A stretch of DNA of 64,000 nt, taken from positions 1 through 64,000 of the forward strand of contig JBDHHQ010000040.1 of assembly GCA_039589315.1 (NCBI GenBank), given 5' to 3'. The DNA is from Gemmatimonadota bacterium. Its GTDB lineage: Bacteria; Gemmatimonadota; Gemmatimonadetes; Longimicrobiales; Gaopeijiaceae. Of the stretch, positions 1 to 9,444 are shown piece after piece. Position 1 is the stretch's first letter, and each line of letters starts with the position of its first letter. A program made the translations under genes and the position numbers. The notes under the pieces are model-generated. The model saw only the letters and a program-made list of their open reading frames with translations, was not told the DNA's origin and did no database searches.

Positions 1-279
1 ATCGTCACGAGTTGGCTGCCGAGACGGGCGCCCATCGAGCTGCGCGGCCACTTCGACCCTCTCGGAGACAACGCTTTCGAGCGGGCGGTGCGAGGCCACT
101 GCGATGGAGAGGGATCCGACCTGGAGCGAGCGGTTCAGGCGATTTGGATCGAAGAGTCCAGCCGGCGAGCCCAGGCGCTCCACGACCAGCGCCCCGAGGA
201 CGGCACCAGAATCCGGGACTGCATCAACGCCTGAGGTGGCCCCACGGCGACGTGCGGTCAACCCCCAGGCGCCGTCACA

Positions 280-2952
280 CTACGTACTGAGCCAGTAGGA
301 CACCTTCAGGAGCAGCACGTTGTTGGGCGGTTGGGCGAACAAGCGATTCACGTCGTCGCCCACCTGGAAGGACCCGTCGTCCACCCAATGATCCCGCGCC
401 TGGGTCCACACCAGGTACACCGCGGAGCCGGGACGGTATTCCCAACGCAGCACCACGTTCGACTGGAACTGCTTGGAGTTGAAGTCGGGGTTGTCGAAGC
501 GGTTGAGCGTTCCGTCCCCATCGACGTCAGCCAGGTAGCCGCCATCGGGATCGGCGACGTAGTCGAGGAGACCGAAGCGATCCGCGTATCGCGCGGCCCT
601 GGGGTCGTCCACCCGTTTGAACGCGGCGTAGGAGCCGGCGCTGACGAACGGCTGCGCGTAGACCTGTAGGGACAGGGTGGGCGTGAAGGCGTAGTTCACC
701 CGGGCGGTGATCCCGACCGTGGTCTGGTCCAGCCGGCCGATAACGTACTCGGGCGTCGTGAGATCGAGGCGCTCGACCCACTGACGGTCGTCGGCCCTCC
801 AGCTCACGAACGGACCCACCGAGAGGCTCGTGCGTCCCGAGGGACGCCACCCGACATGGGCATTGGTGCCCACGTTCCAGGAGTCGCTCTCCGGACGAAC
901 GCCCCAATGGGCCCCAACGCTGAAGCTCACGCTGTTACGGGTGTCGGAGTGCAGCCCGCTCCAACCGTTCCATCCGGCCTCGCGCAGCAGCGCGGGTCCG
1001 CCGCGTAGGGCCCCGGTCGAGAGGGCGGACGTCTGCCGCATGACACCGAGCCATCCTCCCCAGTTGTTGTTCAGGGTGAACGATCCGTTCACGTTGCCTG
1101 CCAGCGACGTCTGCTCGCCCCCAAAGGTGTAGCTGGTCCAGGCGTTCGCGTTCAGGTAGTAGTTCCGGAAGATCCCCGAGGGCTCACTCCGGTGATAACC
1201 GGCCCAGGCCCACGAGGTCACGAAGTCCGCTTCTCGCATGAAGCCCACGTCATTGGGCTCGAAGCCTGGGGATCGGACCTGGGCACCGGTGGAGAAACGC
1301 CAGAAGCCGCCGCCGATCTTGCTCGCCTGCAGGAAGCCGGCCCAGCCGTCGAGGGACGTGCGGTCGGCGTCCAGGTCCACGTGTTCGGCGTCGGGGCGCT
1401 GGAAGTAGCGCGAGGAGGATCGCTGCGTGGCCTCGATGGCCTCGGGGGACCCGCTCACCCGCGAACCGACGGCGTATCCCGAGACCTGAAAGCGGTCACT
1501 GCCGAAACGGTGCCGGAAGTCCAGGCCTCCCGTCACCGCGTTCGACCGCAGGCCGAGAGCCCCGGCCACACCCGCGTCACGTACGACGCCGGTACCGATG
1601 AACCCCACCGCGCTCTTGCCGTCTCGGAAGTCCCGCTGGATGCGGGCGACGCCATAGGCTGTGGCGGGCTCGACCACGTCCTCGAAGCGCTCTCCCTCAC
1701 CCGTGTGCACCCGGGCCTTCTCTTCGCCGGTGAGGGCCGATAGCAGGCCCACCGACCATCCGCTCGACGTCTTGCCCGACACCTTGGCCGCGCCGAGGAT
1801 GCTCGTGAGCTCGGGCACATCGGCGAAGCCCCCCTGCACCTCCGGCGAGCCCTGCGGTGCCCGGCCGATCCGGCGGGAGTAAAAGAGGGCCTCGCCCGCC
1901 CCGTCGCCATCGCCCAGCCCGATGCCGAAGTTGTAGAAGTTGGACCCTTCGACGAAGAACGGCCGGCGCTCGGAGAAGAAGCTCTCGAAGGCCGTGAGGT
2001 TGACCTCGGCCGGATCGGCCTCTACCTGTCCGAAGTCGGGGTTGACCGTCACGTCGAGGGTGAGGTCACCGGTGAGGCCGTACTTCAGGTCTCCCCCCAC
2101 GCTTCCCTGAGCGTACGTCGACCGGTAGAACGGATCGGCAGGGTCTCCCTGGAGGCTCCGGACCTCTGCGACGCTGTAGGGAATCACCTCCAGGCGACGG
2201 GGCGACTGGAGCTCCACGAGTCCGCTCAGCTCTCCGGCTCGCGAGACCATGCCCGCTTCGCGGTTCGACAGGGGAGCCCAGGCCGACGTCTCCCGGTGAC
2301 GCGCGATCTCCCGGGTGAAGTTGATGCCCCAGCTCTGCCGATCGGCACCCCGAAAGCGAAGCTGAGAGAGAGGGATTCGGAACTCAGCCGTCCAGCCGTG
2401 TTCATCTACCGACGCGGCCACATCCCAGACCGCGTCCCAGGTGCGATCCTGCTGGGTATCGTCGAACCGGTAGATATCGGTCTTCACGCCCCGAGGATTC
2501 ACCTCGAAGTGGAAGGCGGTGCGCCGATCGTGGTAGGAGTCCACGACCACGGCCAGGCGGTCCGAGTAGGACTCCTGATCGCGGCGCGTAAGCTGGCCGA
2601 CGATGCTGTCCGGAGCGCTGTCGTAGGCGCGAATGCCCACGTAGAGCGCATCGGCGCCGTAAAGCACGCGGGCTTCAGTCCTTTGCGACGGCAGGGCGCC
2701 CTCGATGGGCTCGAACTGGACGAAGTCCCGCGCTACGGAAGACGTCCCCCACGCTGCCTCGTCCAGGTTGCCGTCGATACGGGGCTCCGCACCGACGATC
2801 CTGCCTGCGGTCAGCACCGGCACGCCCGAGCGGACCGCGCTGCTCGAGGCGGGAGATCCGCCCGCCTCCTCCAGGGCACCCTGTGCGTGCACCGGACCGG
2901 CCAGGGCCACGGCCAGCAGCACACAGCACGCACCAGACACGCTCGACCTCAC
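280..2952 (-). CDS. Exported DUF5916-family protein (CBM9/DOMON-like N-domain plus probable beta-barrel)
   Basis: Signal peptide ending AHA-like (GPVHA-Q); IDGNLDEAAW and TVNPDFGQVEAD/ERRPFF/LFYSRRIG motifs; C-terminal LLKVSYW. Start moved to GTG 2952, which has GGAGG upstream. Confidence 0.85.
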   Translation of the reverse strand: MRSSVSGACCVLLAVALAGPVHAQGALEEAGGSPASSSAVRSGVPVLTAGRIVGAEPRIDGNLDEAAWGTSSVARDFVQFEPIEGALPSQRTEARVLYGADALYVGIRAYDSAPDSIVGQLTRRDQESYSDRLAVVVDSYHDRRTAFHFEVNPRGVKTDIYRFDDTQQDRTWDAVWDVAASVDEHGWTAEFRIPLSQLRFRGADRQSWGINFTREIARHRETSAWAPLSNREAGMVSRAGELSGLVELQSPRRLEVIPYSVAEVRSLQGDPADPFYRSTYAQGSVGGDLKYGLTGDLTLDVTVNPDFGQVEADPAEVNLTAFESFFSERRPFFVEGSNFYNFGIGLGDGDGAGEALFYSRRIGRAPQGSPEVQGGFADVPELTSILGAAKVSGKTSSGWSVGLLSALTGEEKARVHTGEGERFEDVVEPATAYGVARIQRDFRDGKSAVGFIGTGVVRDAGVAGALGLRSNAVTGGLDFRHRFGSDRFQVSGYAVGSRVSGSPEAIEATQRSSSRYFQRPDAEHVDLDADRTSLDGWAGFLQASKIGGGFWRFSTGAQVRSPGFEPNDVGFMREADFVTSWAWAGYHRSEPSGIFRNYYLNANAWTSYTFGGEQTSLAGNVNGSFTLNNNWGGWLGVMRQTSALSTGALRGGPALLREAGWNGWSGLHSDTRNSVSFSVGAHWGVRPESDSWNVGTNAHVGWRPSGRTSLSVGPFVSWRADDRQWVERLDLTTPEYVIGRLDQTTVGITARVNYAFTPTLSLQVYAQPFVSAGSYAAFKRVDDPRAARYADRFGLLDYVADPDGGYLADVDGDGTLNRFDNPDFNSKQFQSNVVLRWEYRPGSAVYLVWTQARDHWVDDGSFQVGDDVNRLFAQPPNNVLLLKVSYWLST

Positions 2953-3452
2953 GACCACCTCCCCACCAGACCCACCGCCCCTGTGCATCAGGCGCCGGCG
3001 AAGCGCCTTCGCCGGCCACCTGGTAAGACGAGGCGAGGCACCCAAAGGTTGCGAGTGACGTGAAACCGATGTCCGGTGGAAGAGGGCGGCGCGCATGAGT
3101 CGGCCCCCGACCGCTCCACCGACCAGTCCGAAGCCGATGCCGAGGCCCAGGAGCGCCATGCACCTGCGATCCAGTGTCCGGAATGGCGTACCGATGGCGC
3201 ATGCCCCGGGGCGGACGCGACCTCGCCTCCTCGGGGGTGCTGCGCCTCTCGCGGCGCTTGCCATGGGGGCGTCCACTCCCCGTAATTGTGGGAGCCCACG
3301 ACGAAGCGCGCCCGGATGCGGAGCTGACCGGGCCCCGTCCGGGTCACCCCGACACGGAAGAGGCCCAGCCCCGCCGAACCGGACCGAGAACTGCCCGGAC
3401 GGACCGGTTCCAGGCGGAGCGCGCGCCCCGCGACTCGAAGGGGAGCTGGCGA

Positions 3453-6400
3453 ATGACGGAGCACTCGGCCCGGAGGCGGATCCGGGCCCTCGTTCAGCGG
3501 CTGTGGCGAGGCCGGGTCTCACACCGCGCGCCTGTCTACGTCGTCCTGGGCGTGGTCGTCCTGGCCGTCGTCCTGTCCGTTCCTGGCCTCCTGGAGGTGC
3601 CCCCGGCCGTGGTCGGGGTCGTGGTCGTGCTGGGACTTCTGGGCGCCCTGGCGCTGGTCCGGGCCACGGAGCGCGCAGCCGGACCGGAGGGTCCGCCGTC
3701 GGCGACGCCCGAGGACGAGGGCCGGCGGGCCCGGGTCGAGGATCTCTTCATCCGGGCCCTCGACGTGCCCGAGACGGAACGGCCCGCCTTCCTGGACGCG
3801 TCGGCGGGCGACGACCCGGAGCTCGCCCGGGAGGTGCGGGCCCTCCTCGAGGCGCATGAGCGCCAGGGCCCTCTCGACCAGCCCAACCAGGCTGCGGCGC
3901 TGCTGGCGGGCGAGGCCCGCTCCGTCGGCGACCTGGAGGGTCAGACGCTGCTCCGCTACGAGATCCTCGAGAAGCTGGGTGGCGGGGGGATGGGCGTGGT
4001 CTACAAGGCCCGGGACACCCAGCTCGATCGGATCGTGGCCCTCAAGTTCCTGTCGTCCCACCTCCTGTCGGACCCGGAGGCCAAGGAGCGCTTCCTGGTG
4101 GAGGCCCGGGCGGCCGCCTCCCTGGATCATCCCAACCTGTGCACCATCCACGAGGTGGGGGAGACCGAGGACGGTCGGCTGTACATCGCCATGGCGTACT
4201 ACGACGGGGAGACCCTGCGTCGACGAATCGCCCGAGGGCGGATACCGTCGGCCCAGGCGCTGGACGTCGCAGCCCAGGTGAGCCGGGGGCTGGCCCGGGC
4301 CGCGGAGGGCGGGGTCATTCATCGGGACGTCAAGCCCGGCAACCTGATCCTCACGGGCGACGGCACCGTCAAGATCGTCGACTTCGGCATCGCCAAGATG
4401 ACGGGTGCCGACCTGACCCAGACCGGCGCCCGCATGGGGACCGTTGCCTACATGAGCCCGGAGCAGGCCCGGGGGGAGCCGGTGGATCAGCGGACCGACG
4501 TGTGGTCGCTGGGGGTGGTGCTGTACGAGATGCTCAGCGGTTCCCGACCGTTTCGCGGCGGCAGCGAAGTGGCCGTCGTCCACAGCATCCTGCACGACCC
4601 CCCGGTCCCCCTGGCCGACCTCGTACCGTCGCTTCACGGCGGAGTCGGCGAGGTGGTGGCGCGGGCGATGCAGAAGGACCCGGCCCGGCGCTACCCGGAC
4701 GCCGCCAGCTTGCTCCAGGACGTCGAGCGCGTCCAGGACGATCCGTCCAGTCGGAGCCTGTTGGACACGGCCCCGAGCATCCCTCCCGAAGGAGAACGGC
4801 GGACCGTCACCGTCGTGGCGTGCTCCGTCAGCGGGTTCGAAACGCTGCTCGAGGCCCTCGACCCCGCCCAGGTCGACCGGGCCCTCGATCGGCTCGAGAA
4901 GCGCGCCCGGACCGTCATGGAGGACTACGGCGGCCTGCTGCACGAATTCTCCGAGGACCGCATCGTGGGGCTGTTCGGAGTACCGCTGACACACGAAGAC
5001 GACGCGCTCCGTGCCGCCCGGGCCGCCCGCGAGCTTCACGCGGCCGATCTCGAGCCGGCCGTCGGCGCACCCGGCGTGCACCTTCGTACGGCGGTGGGCG
5101 CCGAGCGAGTCGCCATCCGGGCGACGGAGGCCGGAGGGCGTCGCTACCGTCTCGGTGGGACCGTGGTCCAGGACGTCCTGCGTCTGGCGTCGGCCGCCGA
5201 TCGGAGCGAGATCCTGTTGACACCGGAGGTCTGCCGCCTGGTCGAGCCGTTTCTGGAGACGGAGGAGCGGGCGCCGGTCCGTATGGGTCCGAACGACCCT
5301 CCGCTCACCCCTCGTGCGGTGGTGGGCGAGTCGGGTCTGGCCAGCCGGCTCGAGGCGTCCGGCGCCCTCACCCGGTTCGTCGGCCGCTCCAACGAGCTCG
5401 CCACCCTGACCCGGGCGCTGGACGGTGCCCGGTCCGGAGAGGGACACGTCGTGTCCGTGGTCGGCGACGCCGGAGTCGGCAAGAGCCGATTGTTGCACGA
5501 GTTCCGGACGCTGCTCACGGACAGGGAAATCCGGTACGTGCAGGGCCGCTGCCAGGCCCACGGGGGCCTCACGCCCTTCTTGCCCTTCAACGAATGCGTG
5601 AAGGCCATGCTGGAGGTGGGGCGGTCCCTTCCCCAGAATGCCCCGGATCTGGTGGCGGAGCGCACACGCGCCCTCGCGCCGGAGCTGGAGGCCTACGTTC
5701 CACTGCTGCTGCACCTCCTCGCCGTCGAAAGCGACCGCTATCCGCTGCCCGACTACCTGGCGGGCGACGACCTCCGGGCAGCGGTGGGAGAGGCCCTGGT
5801 CTCGGTCTTCACCCTGGGGTCCCGCGGGGAGCCGCTGGTCGTGCTTCTGGAGGATTGGCACTGGGCCGACGGGGGCTCGCGGGACGTCCTGCAACAGCTC
5901 GGCGAGATGGTGTCAGCCTATCCCCTCCTCCTGGTCGTGACGTCCCGACCCGCCACGGTCGGAGAGTCTCTGCCACCCCGGGGAGACAGTCATGTGGAGC
6001 TGGCTCCACTGGACGCCGGTGCCGCCGCGGAGGTCATGCGGCAATCACTCGGCGACGTGCGCATCCCCCCGGAGCTGGAGGACAGGATCGCCGAGAAGAC
6101 CGGCGGCAATCCCTTCTTCATCGAAGAGCTCTGCCGGACCCTCCTGGAGACGGGCACGGTCGTGCAGTCGGACGGCGAAGCCGTGCTGGACGGATCGGTG
6201 GAGCGGCTGTCCATACCCGATACGGTGCAGGCGGTCCTGAAGACGCGCCTGGACCGGCTGGACCCGGAGGCCAGGGAGGTGCTCCGCAGCGCCTCGGTCA
6301 TCGGCCGGCGTTTCGGCTCGAAGCTGCTGAGTCGCATCGTCCCGTCGCCGTCCAGACTGGACGCCGCCCTGGACAGCCTGCGGGCCACAGGGCTGATCCA

Positions 6401-8342
6401 ACGCACCAGCCTGCTCCCGGAGCCGACCTACCGCTTCAAGCACGCCCTCACGCTGGACGTCACGTACGAGAGCCTTCTCGAACGGCAACGCCGGGAGCGG
6501 CACGCCCTGGCGGGTGAAGCCATCGAAGCGCTGTACCCGGGCCGCGTCGAGGAGCACTCCGAGCGCCTCGCCGACCACTTCGCCGAGGCCGAGGATTGGG
6601 ATCGGGCGGTTCGGTATGGGCTCCTGGCGGCCGAGCGGGCCGCCGGGCTGTGGCGCCTCGACGAGGCCGTCCAGATGCTGGATCGCGCCCGCGAGTGCGT
6701 CGAGCGCCGGGAGGCGTCGCAGTCCGAAAAGACGGCCACGCTGGTGGCGATTCTGCTCGAGGAGGAGCGTCATCTCGAGACTCTGGGCCGACGTGACCGC
6801 CAGCAGGAGGTCATCGACGAGCTGCTGGCCCTGCTCGACGGAGAGCCCTCGACCGAGTTGGCTCAGGTGTGGGTGCGGCAGGGAGAGCTGTCGACACTGA
6901 CGGCCCGACACGACGAGGCCCACGAAGCGTTCGAGAGAGCCCTGGAGATGGCCTCGGAGCTCGGCGACCTCGGGGTGCGCGTCGTCGCCCTCCGGGCGGT
7001 GGGACACAGCCTCTGGCGGCGTGCCCGCTACCAGGAAGCCGTCGCTCCGCTGCAAGAGGTCGTGGACTGGGACCGAGAGGGGGCTCCGGCGACCGTGCTC
7101 CTGCGGGACCTCGTCAACCTGGGACGGGTCTGGCGGGAGCAGGGAGAGCTGGATCGGGCCCACGCCATCGGGGACGAGGCGTGGGCGTTGGCCGAGTCCA
7201 CGGGGACCCCGCTCGACCGAGTGTACGCCCTCAACTACCGGGGACATCTGCTCAAGACCAAGGGCCGGGGGCCGGAGGCAATCGAGGCCTTCGAGGAGGG
7301 GAATCGCATTGCCGCCGACGCCCGTCTGCCCATGCGGCACGCGTTCAACCTGCTCGCGCTGGCGGCGCTCTACATGGAGCAGGGCCGCATCGACGAATCT
7401 CTGTCGGCTTACGACGAGGCCATCGCGCTGTCGCACCGAGCCAATCGTACGGACGGCGTGGCCCACGCGCACTCGCTGCTGGGTGACGCCCTCATGACCA
7501 TCGGGCGGGCGGACGAGGCGGCCGAACACTACCGCGAGTCGGTGGCCCTCCTGCGTCGCGTCGGCTCGGATCGTGCCCGGTCCGAGATCCTGGGCAAGCT
7601 GGCCGGGGCCCTCGAAGCGACCGGACACGAAGGTGCCGCCGATGCGTGGCTTCGGGCGCGGCGGCTCCGGGAGTCCCTGGGCGACCGCCCCGGCGCGCTG
7701 GTCGCCCTCGAGCACGAGGCGGGACTACGGCGGACCGCGGAGCCTACGGTGGCCCGCGAGCTTCTCCGGAGCGGCGTGGCGCTTGCCCGTGAGCTGGACG
7801 ACGCCGATGCCGAGGCGCGTTGTCGGAACAGCCTCGCGATCCTCGCGTGGCGGCGTGGCGAGCTGGCGGAGGCCGAACGGCAGTACCACGCCGCAACGGC
7901 CCGGCTCCGCGCGTCGGGGGACTCCAGGGAGCTCGGCGGTCTGCTCAACGGACTGGGCGTGGTGCTGACGCGGCTCGGGCGCACGAATGAGGCCCTGACG
8001 ACGCTCCATGAGGCGCTGGAGGCCAACCGCGCCTGGGGGCGGACGGCCTCCGAAGCCGACGGCCTGGCCGCCCTGGGGGCCGCATACCGCGAAGCCGGAG
8101 ACTTGACGCGAGCCTACGATTCGTACCACCAGTGCTTGGAGAAGCGAAGAGAGCTGGGAGATCGGACGGGAGAAGGCTGGGCGCTGCAGAGGTTGAGCGA
8201 GCTCTCACGACGCGCAGGTGCCGGCGAGCGTGGCGACGCGTTCGCGGCTGCTGCCCTGGCGATCGCCAGGGAGATCCACGACACCGAGCTCGAGGCGCTC
8301 TGTCGGAGCACCGCATCCGACGACGCAGATCGCACGGATTGA
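3453..8342 (+). CDS. Membrane-anchored Ser/Thr kinase + class III cyclase-like domain + STAND (AAA_16) NTPase + TPR repeats
   Basis: Two hydrophobic helices; kinase motifs LGGGGMGVVY, VALK, HRDVKPGN, DFG, YMSPEQ; cyclase-like GERRTVTV...LFG.P.THEDD; Walker A GDAGVGKS; Walker B VVLLEDWHWAD; GGNPFFIEE; TPRs. ATG 3453 has GGGAG upstream. Confidence 0.92.
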   Translation: MTEHSARRRIRALVQRLWRGRVSHRAPVYVVLGVVVLAVVLSVPGLLEVPPAVVGVVVVLGLLGALALVRATERAAGPEGPPSATPEDEGRRARVEDLFIRALDVPETERPAFLDASAGDDPELAREVRALLEAHERQGPLDQPNQAAALLAGEARSVGDLEGQTLLRYEILEKLGGGGMGVVYKARDTQLDRIVALKFLSSHLLSDPEAKERFLVEARAAASLDHPNLCTIHEVGETEDGRLYIAMAYYDGETLRRRIARGRIPSAQALDVAAQVSRGLARAAEGGVIHRDVKPGNLILTGDGTVKIVDFGIAKMTGADLTQTGARMGTVAYMSPEQARGEPVDQRTDVWSLGVVLYEMLSGSRPFRGGSEVAVVHSILHDPPVPLADLVPSLHGGVGEVVARAMQKDPARRYPDAASLLQDVERVQDDPSSRSLLDTAPSIPPEGERRTVTVVACSVSGFETLLEALDPAQVDRALDRLEKRARTVMEDYGGLLHEFSEDRIVGLFGVPLTHEDDALRAARAARELHAADLEPAVGAPGVHLRTAVGAERVAIRATEAGGRRYRLGGTVVQDVLRLASAADRSEILLTPEVCRLVEPFLETEERAPVRMGPNDPPLTPRAVVGESGLASRLEASGALTRFVGRSNELATLTRALDGARSGEGHVVSVVGDAGVGKSRLLHEFRTLLTDREIRYVQGRCQAHGGLTPFLPFNECVKAMLEVGRSLPQNAPDLVAERTRALAPELEAYVPLLLHLLAVESDRYPLPDYLAGDDLRAAVGEALVSVFTLGSRGEPLVVLLEDWHWADGGSRDVLQQLGEMVSAYPLLLVVTSRPATVGESLPPRGDSHVELAPLDAGAAAEVMRQSLGDVRIPPELEDRIAEKTGGNPFFIEELCRTLLETGTVVQSDGEAVLDGSVERLSIPDTVQAVLKTRLDRLDPEAREVLRSASVIGRRFGSKLLSRIVPSPSRLDAALDSLRATGLIQRTSLLPEPTYRFKHALTLDVTYESLLERQRRERHALAGEAIEALYPGRVEEHSERLADHFAEAEDWDRAVRYGLLAAERAAGLWRLDEAVQMLDRARECVERREASQSEKTATLVAILLEEERHLETLGRRDRQQEVIDELLALLDGEPSTELAQVWVRQGELSTLTARHDEAHEAFERALEMASELGDLGVRVVALRAVGHSLWRRARYQEAVAPLQEVVDWDREGAPATVLLRDLVNLGRVWREQGELDRAHAIGDEAWALAESTGTPLDRVYALNYRGHLLKTKGRGPEAIEAFEEGNRIAADARLPMRHAFNLLALAALYMEQGRIDESLSAYDEAIALSHRANRTDGVAHAHSLLGDALMTIGRADEAAEHYRESVALLRRVGSDRARSEILGKLAGALEATGHEGAADAWLRARRLRESLGDRPGALVALEHEAGLRRTAEPTVARELLRSGVALARELDDADAEARCRNSLAILAWRRGELAEAERQYHAATARLRASGDSRELGGLLNGLGVVLTRLGRTNEALTTLHEALEANRAWGRTASEADGLAALGAAYREAGDLTRAYDSYHQCLEKRRELGDRTGEGWALQRLSELSRRAGAGERGDAFAAAALAIAREIHDTELEALCRSTASDDADRTD

Positions 8343-8365
8343 GACTTCCACTTCAGGAGCTTGCG

Positions 8366-8629
8366 ATGCCGCGCTACATCATCGAACGGAACATGACGGC
8401 CACGCAGGAGGAGTTCCAAGCCATGGGCAAGGTCTCCGTCCAGGTAGCCGACAGCATGGAGGGCGTGGTCTGGATTCGCAGCTACATCTCGGAGGCAGAG
8501 GGCAAGATCTACTGCGAGTACGAGGCGCCGAATCCGGAAGCCGTCTACGAGCATGCCCGCCGAGTCGGGATCCCCGTAGACAAGATCAGTGAGGTCGCCA
8601 TGGAGGTGGAGCCCTCCATGTTCCGCTAG
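8366..8629 (+). CDS. DUF4242 / SCO4226-like small protein (putative metal-binding)
   Basis: MPRYIIER...WIRSY.SE.EGKIYCEYEAPNPEAVYEHARRVGIPVDKISEV; AGGAG RBS; 23 bp after the kinase stop. Confidence 0.85.
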   Translation: MPRYIIERNMTATQEEFQAMGKVSVQVADSMEGVVWIRSYISEAEGKIYCEYEAPNPEAVYEHARRVGIPVDKISEVAMEVEPSMFR

Positions 8630-8748
8630 GAGCCGGCGCCTGCGCGCCCCGAACCGACCGGGCGCACCCGGTCATGAGACGCCCAGGGTCGTGCCGTACG
8701 AGCGGTAGGGCACGTCTTGGCCATCCACCAGAGGGCCTCTCCATCCGC

Positions 8749-9339
8749 TCAGCGCACGGGGTTGGCCACCTCTCCTGCACGAAACGCCTCGTCGACCCTG
8801 GCGATCACGCGATCCGTGATGTCCAGCTCCGGTCGGCTGAACACGGTCTGCGAGCGAGGCAGTAGGAGATTGACGCCGAGGGTTTCGGCAACCTCGTTGA
8901 TGTAGGGCCGGATGTCGCCATCGAGCTGTGCCGTGAGCCGCGCGACTTCGTTCTGAAACCGCCTCTGGCGCGCGTCCGCGTCCACCTGTGCGGCCTGGAT
9001 CAGGTCCTGCAGAGACTGCTGCCGTTCCAAGAGATCCGCCTCTCTCGCCTGTGCTTCAGCCTCGGCGAGCCCTTCCCGCTCCTCCTGGAACGTTTGAACC
9101 AGCGACTGGAAGTCGGCCTGATTCTGCTCGACCGTGCCTCGTCGCTCGTTCAGCTCGGTCTCGAACTCCGCCTGGAGGGTCTCCAACTGGTTGGACAGGA
9201 GCTGGCCCACGAGGCTCTCTTCGGACACGCGCGCCAGGTCGACGACCGCCACCACGGCCGGAGGCGGAACCGGCTCGCTCTGCTGAGCGGCCGCCGGGGC
9301 CGCGACCAGGGAAGCCGTGAGTATCATCCAACGTCGCAT
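8749..9339 (-). CDS. ompH: OmpH/Skp family periplasmic chaperone
   Basis: Signal peptide, VAVVDL, long coiled coil, C-terminal LDITDRVI. Confidence 0.85.
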   Translation of the reverse strand: MRRWMILTASLVAAPAAAQQSEPVPPPAVVAVVDLARVSEESLVGQLLSNQLETLQAEFETELNERRGTVEQNQADFQSLVQTFQEEREGLAEAEAQAREADLLERQQSLQDLIQAAQVDADARQRRFQNEVARLTAQLDGDIRPYINEVAETLGVNLLLPRSQTVFSRPELDITDRVIARVDEAFRAGEVANPVR

Positions 9340-9444
9340 GTGCCTTCTCCATCTCGGCGGGAGGCGGGGTGACTCGAGGTTCGTCCGGCCCTTACCACCG
9401 CTGCAGGTCCCGCGTTCCGTGCGGCCCGCAGCGGGTTCGTCCGG

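Noticed and set aside
1..279. Short ORFs at the window start
   Set aside because: No motifs, and the context is truncated by the window edge
2953..3452. Overlapping N-terminal extensions of the DUF5916 and kinase ORFs
   Set aside because: Low-complexity translations with better RBS-supported starts at 2952 and 3453; a relic gene here cannot be excluded but is unsupported
3519..7715. Long antisense and alternate-frame ORFs (3519-5894, 4139-6517, 6045-7715)
   Set aside because: They overlap the motif-rich kinase gene and have no recognisable motifs; this is expected shadowing in high-GC DNA
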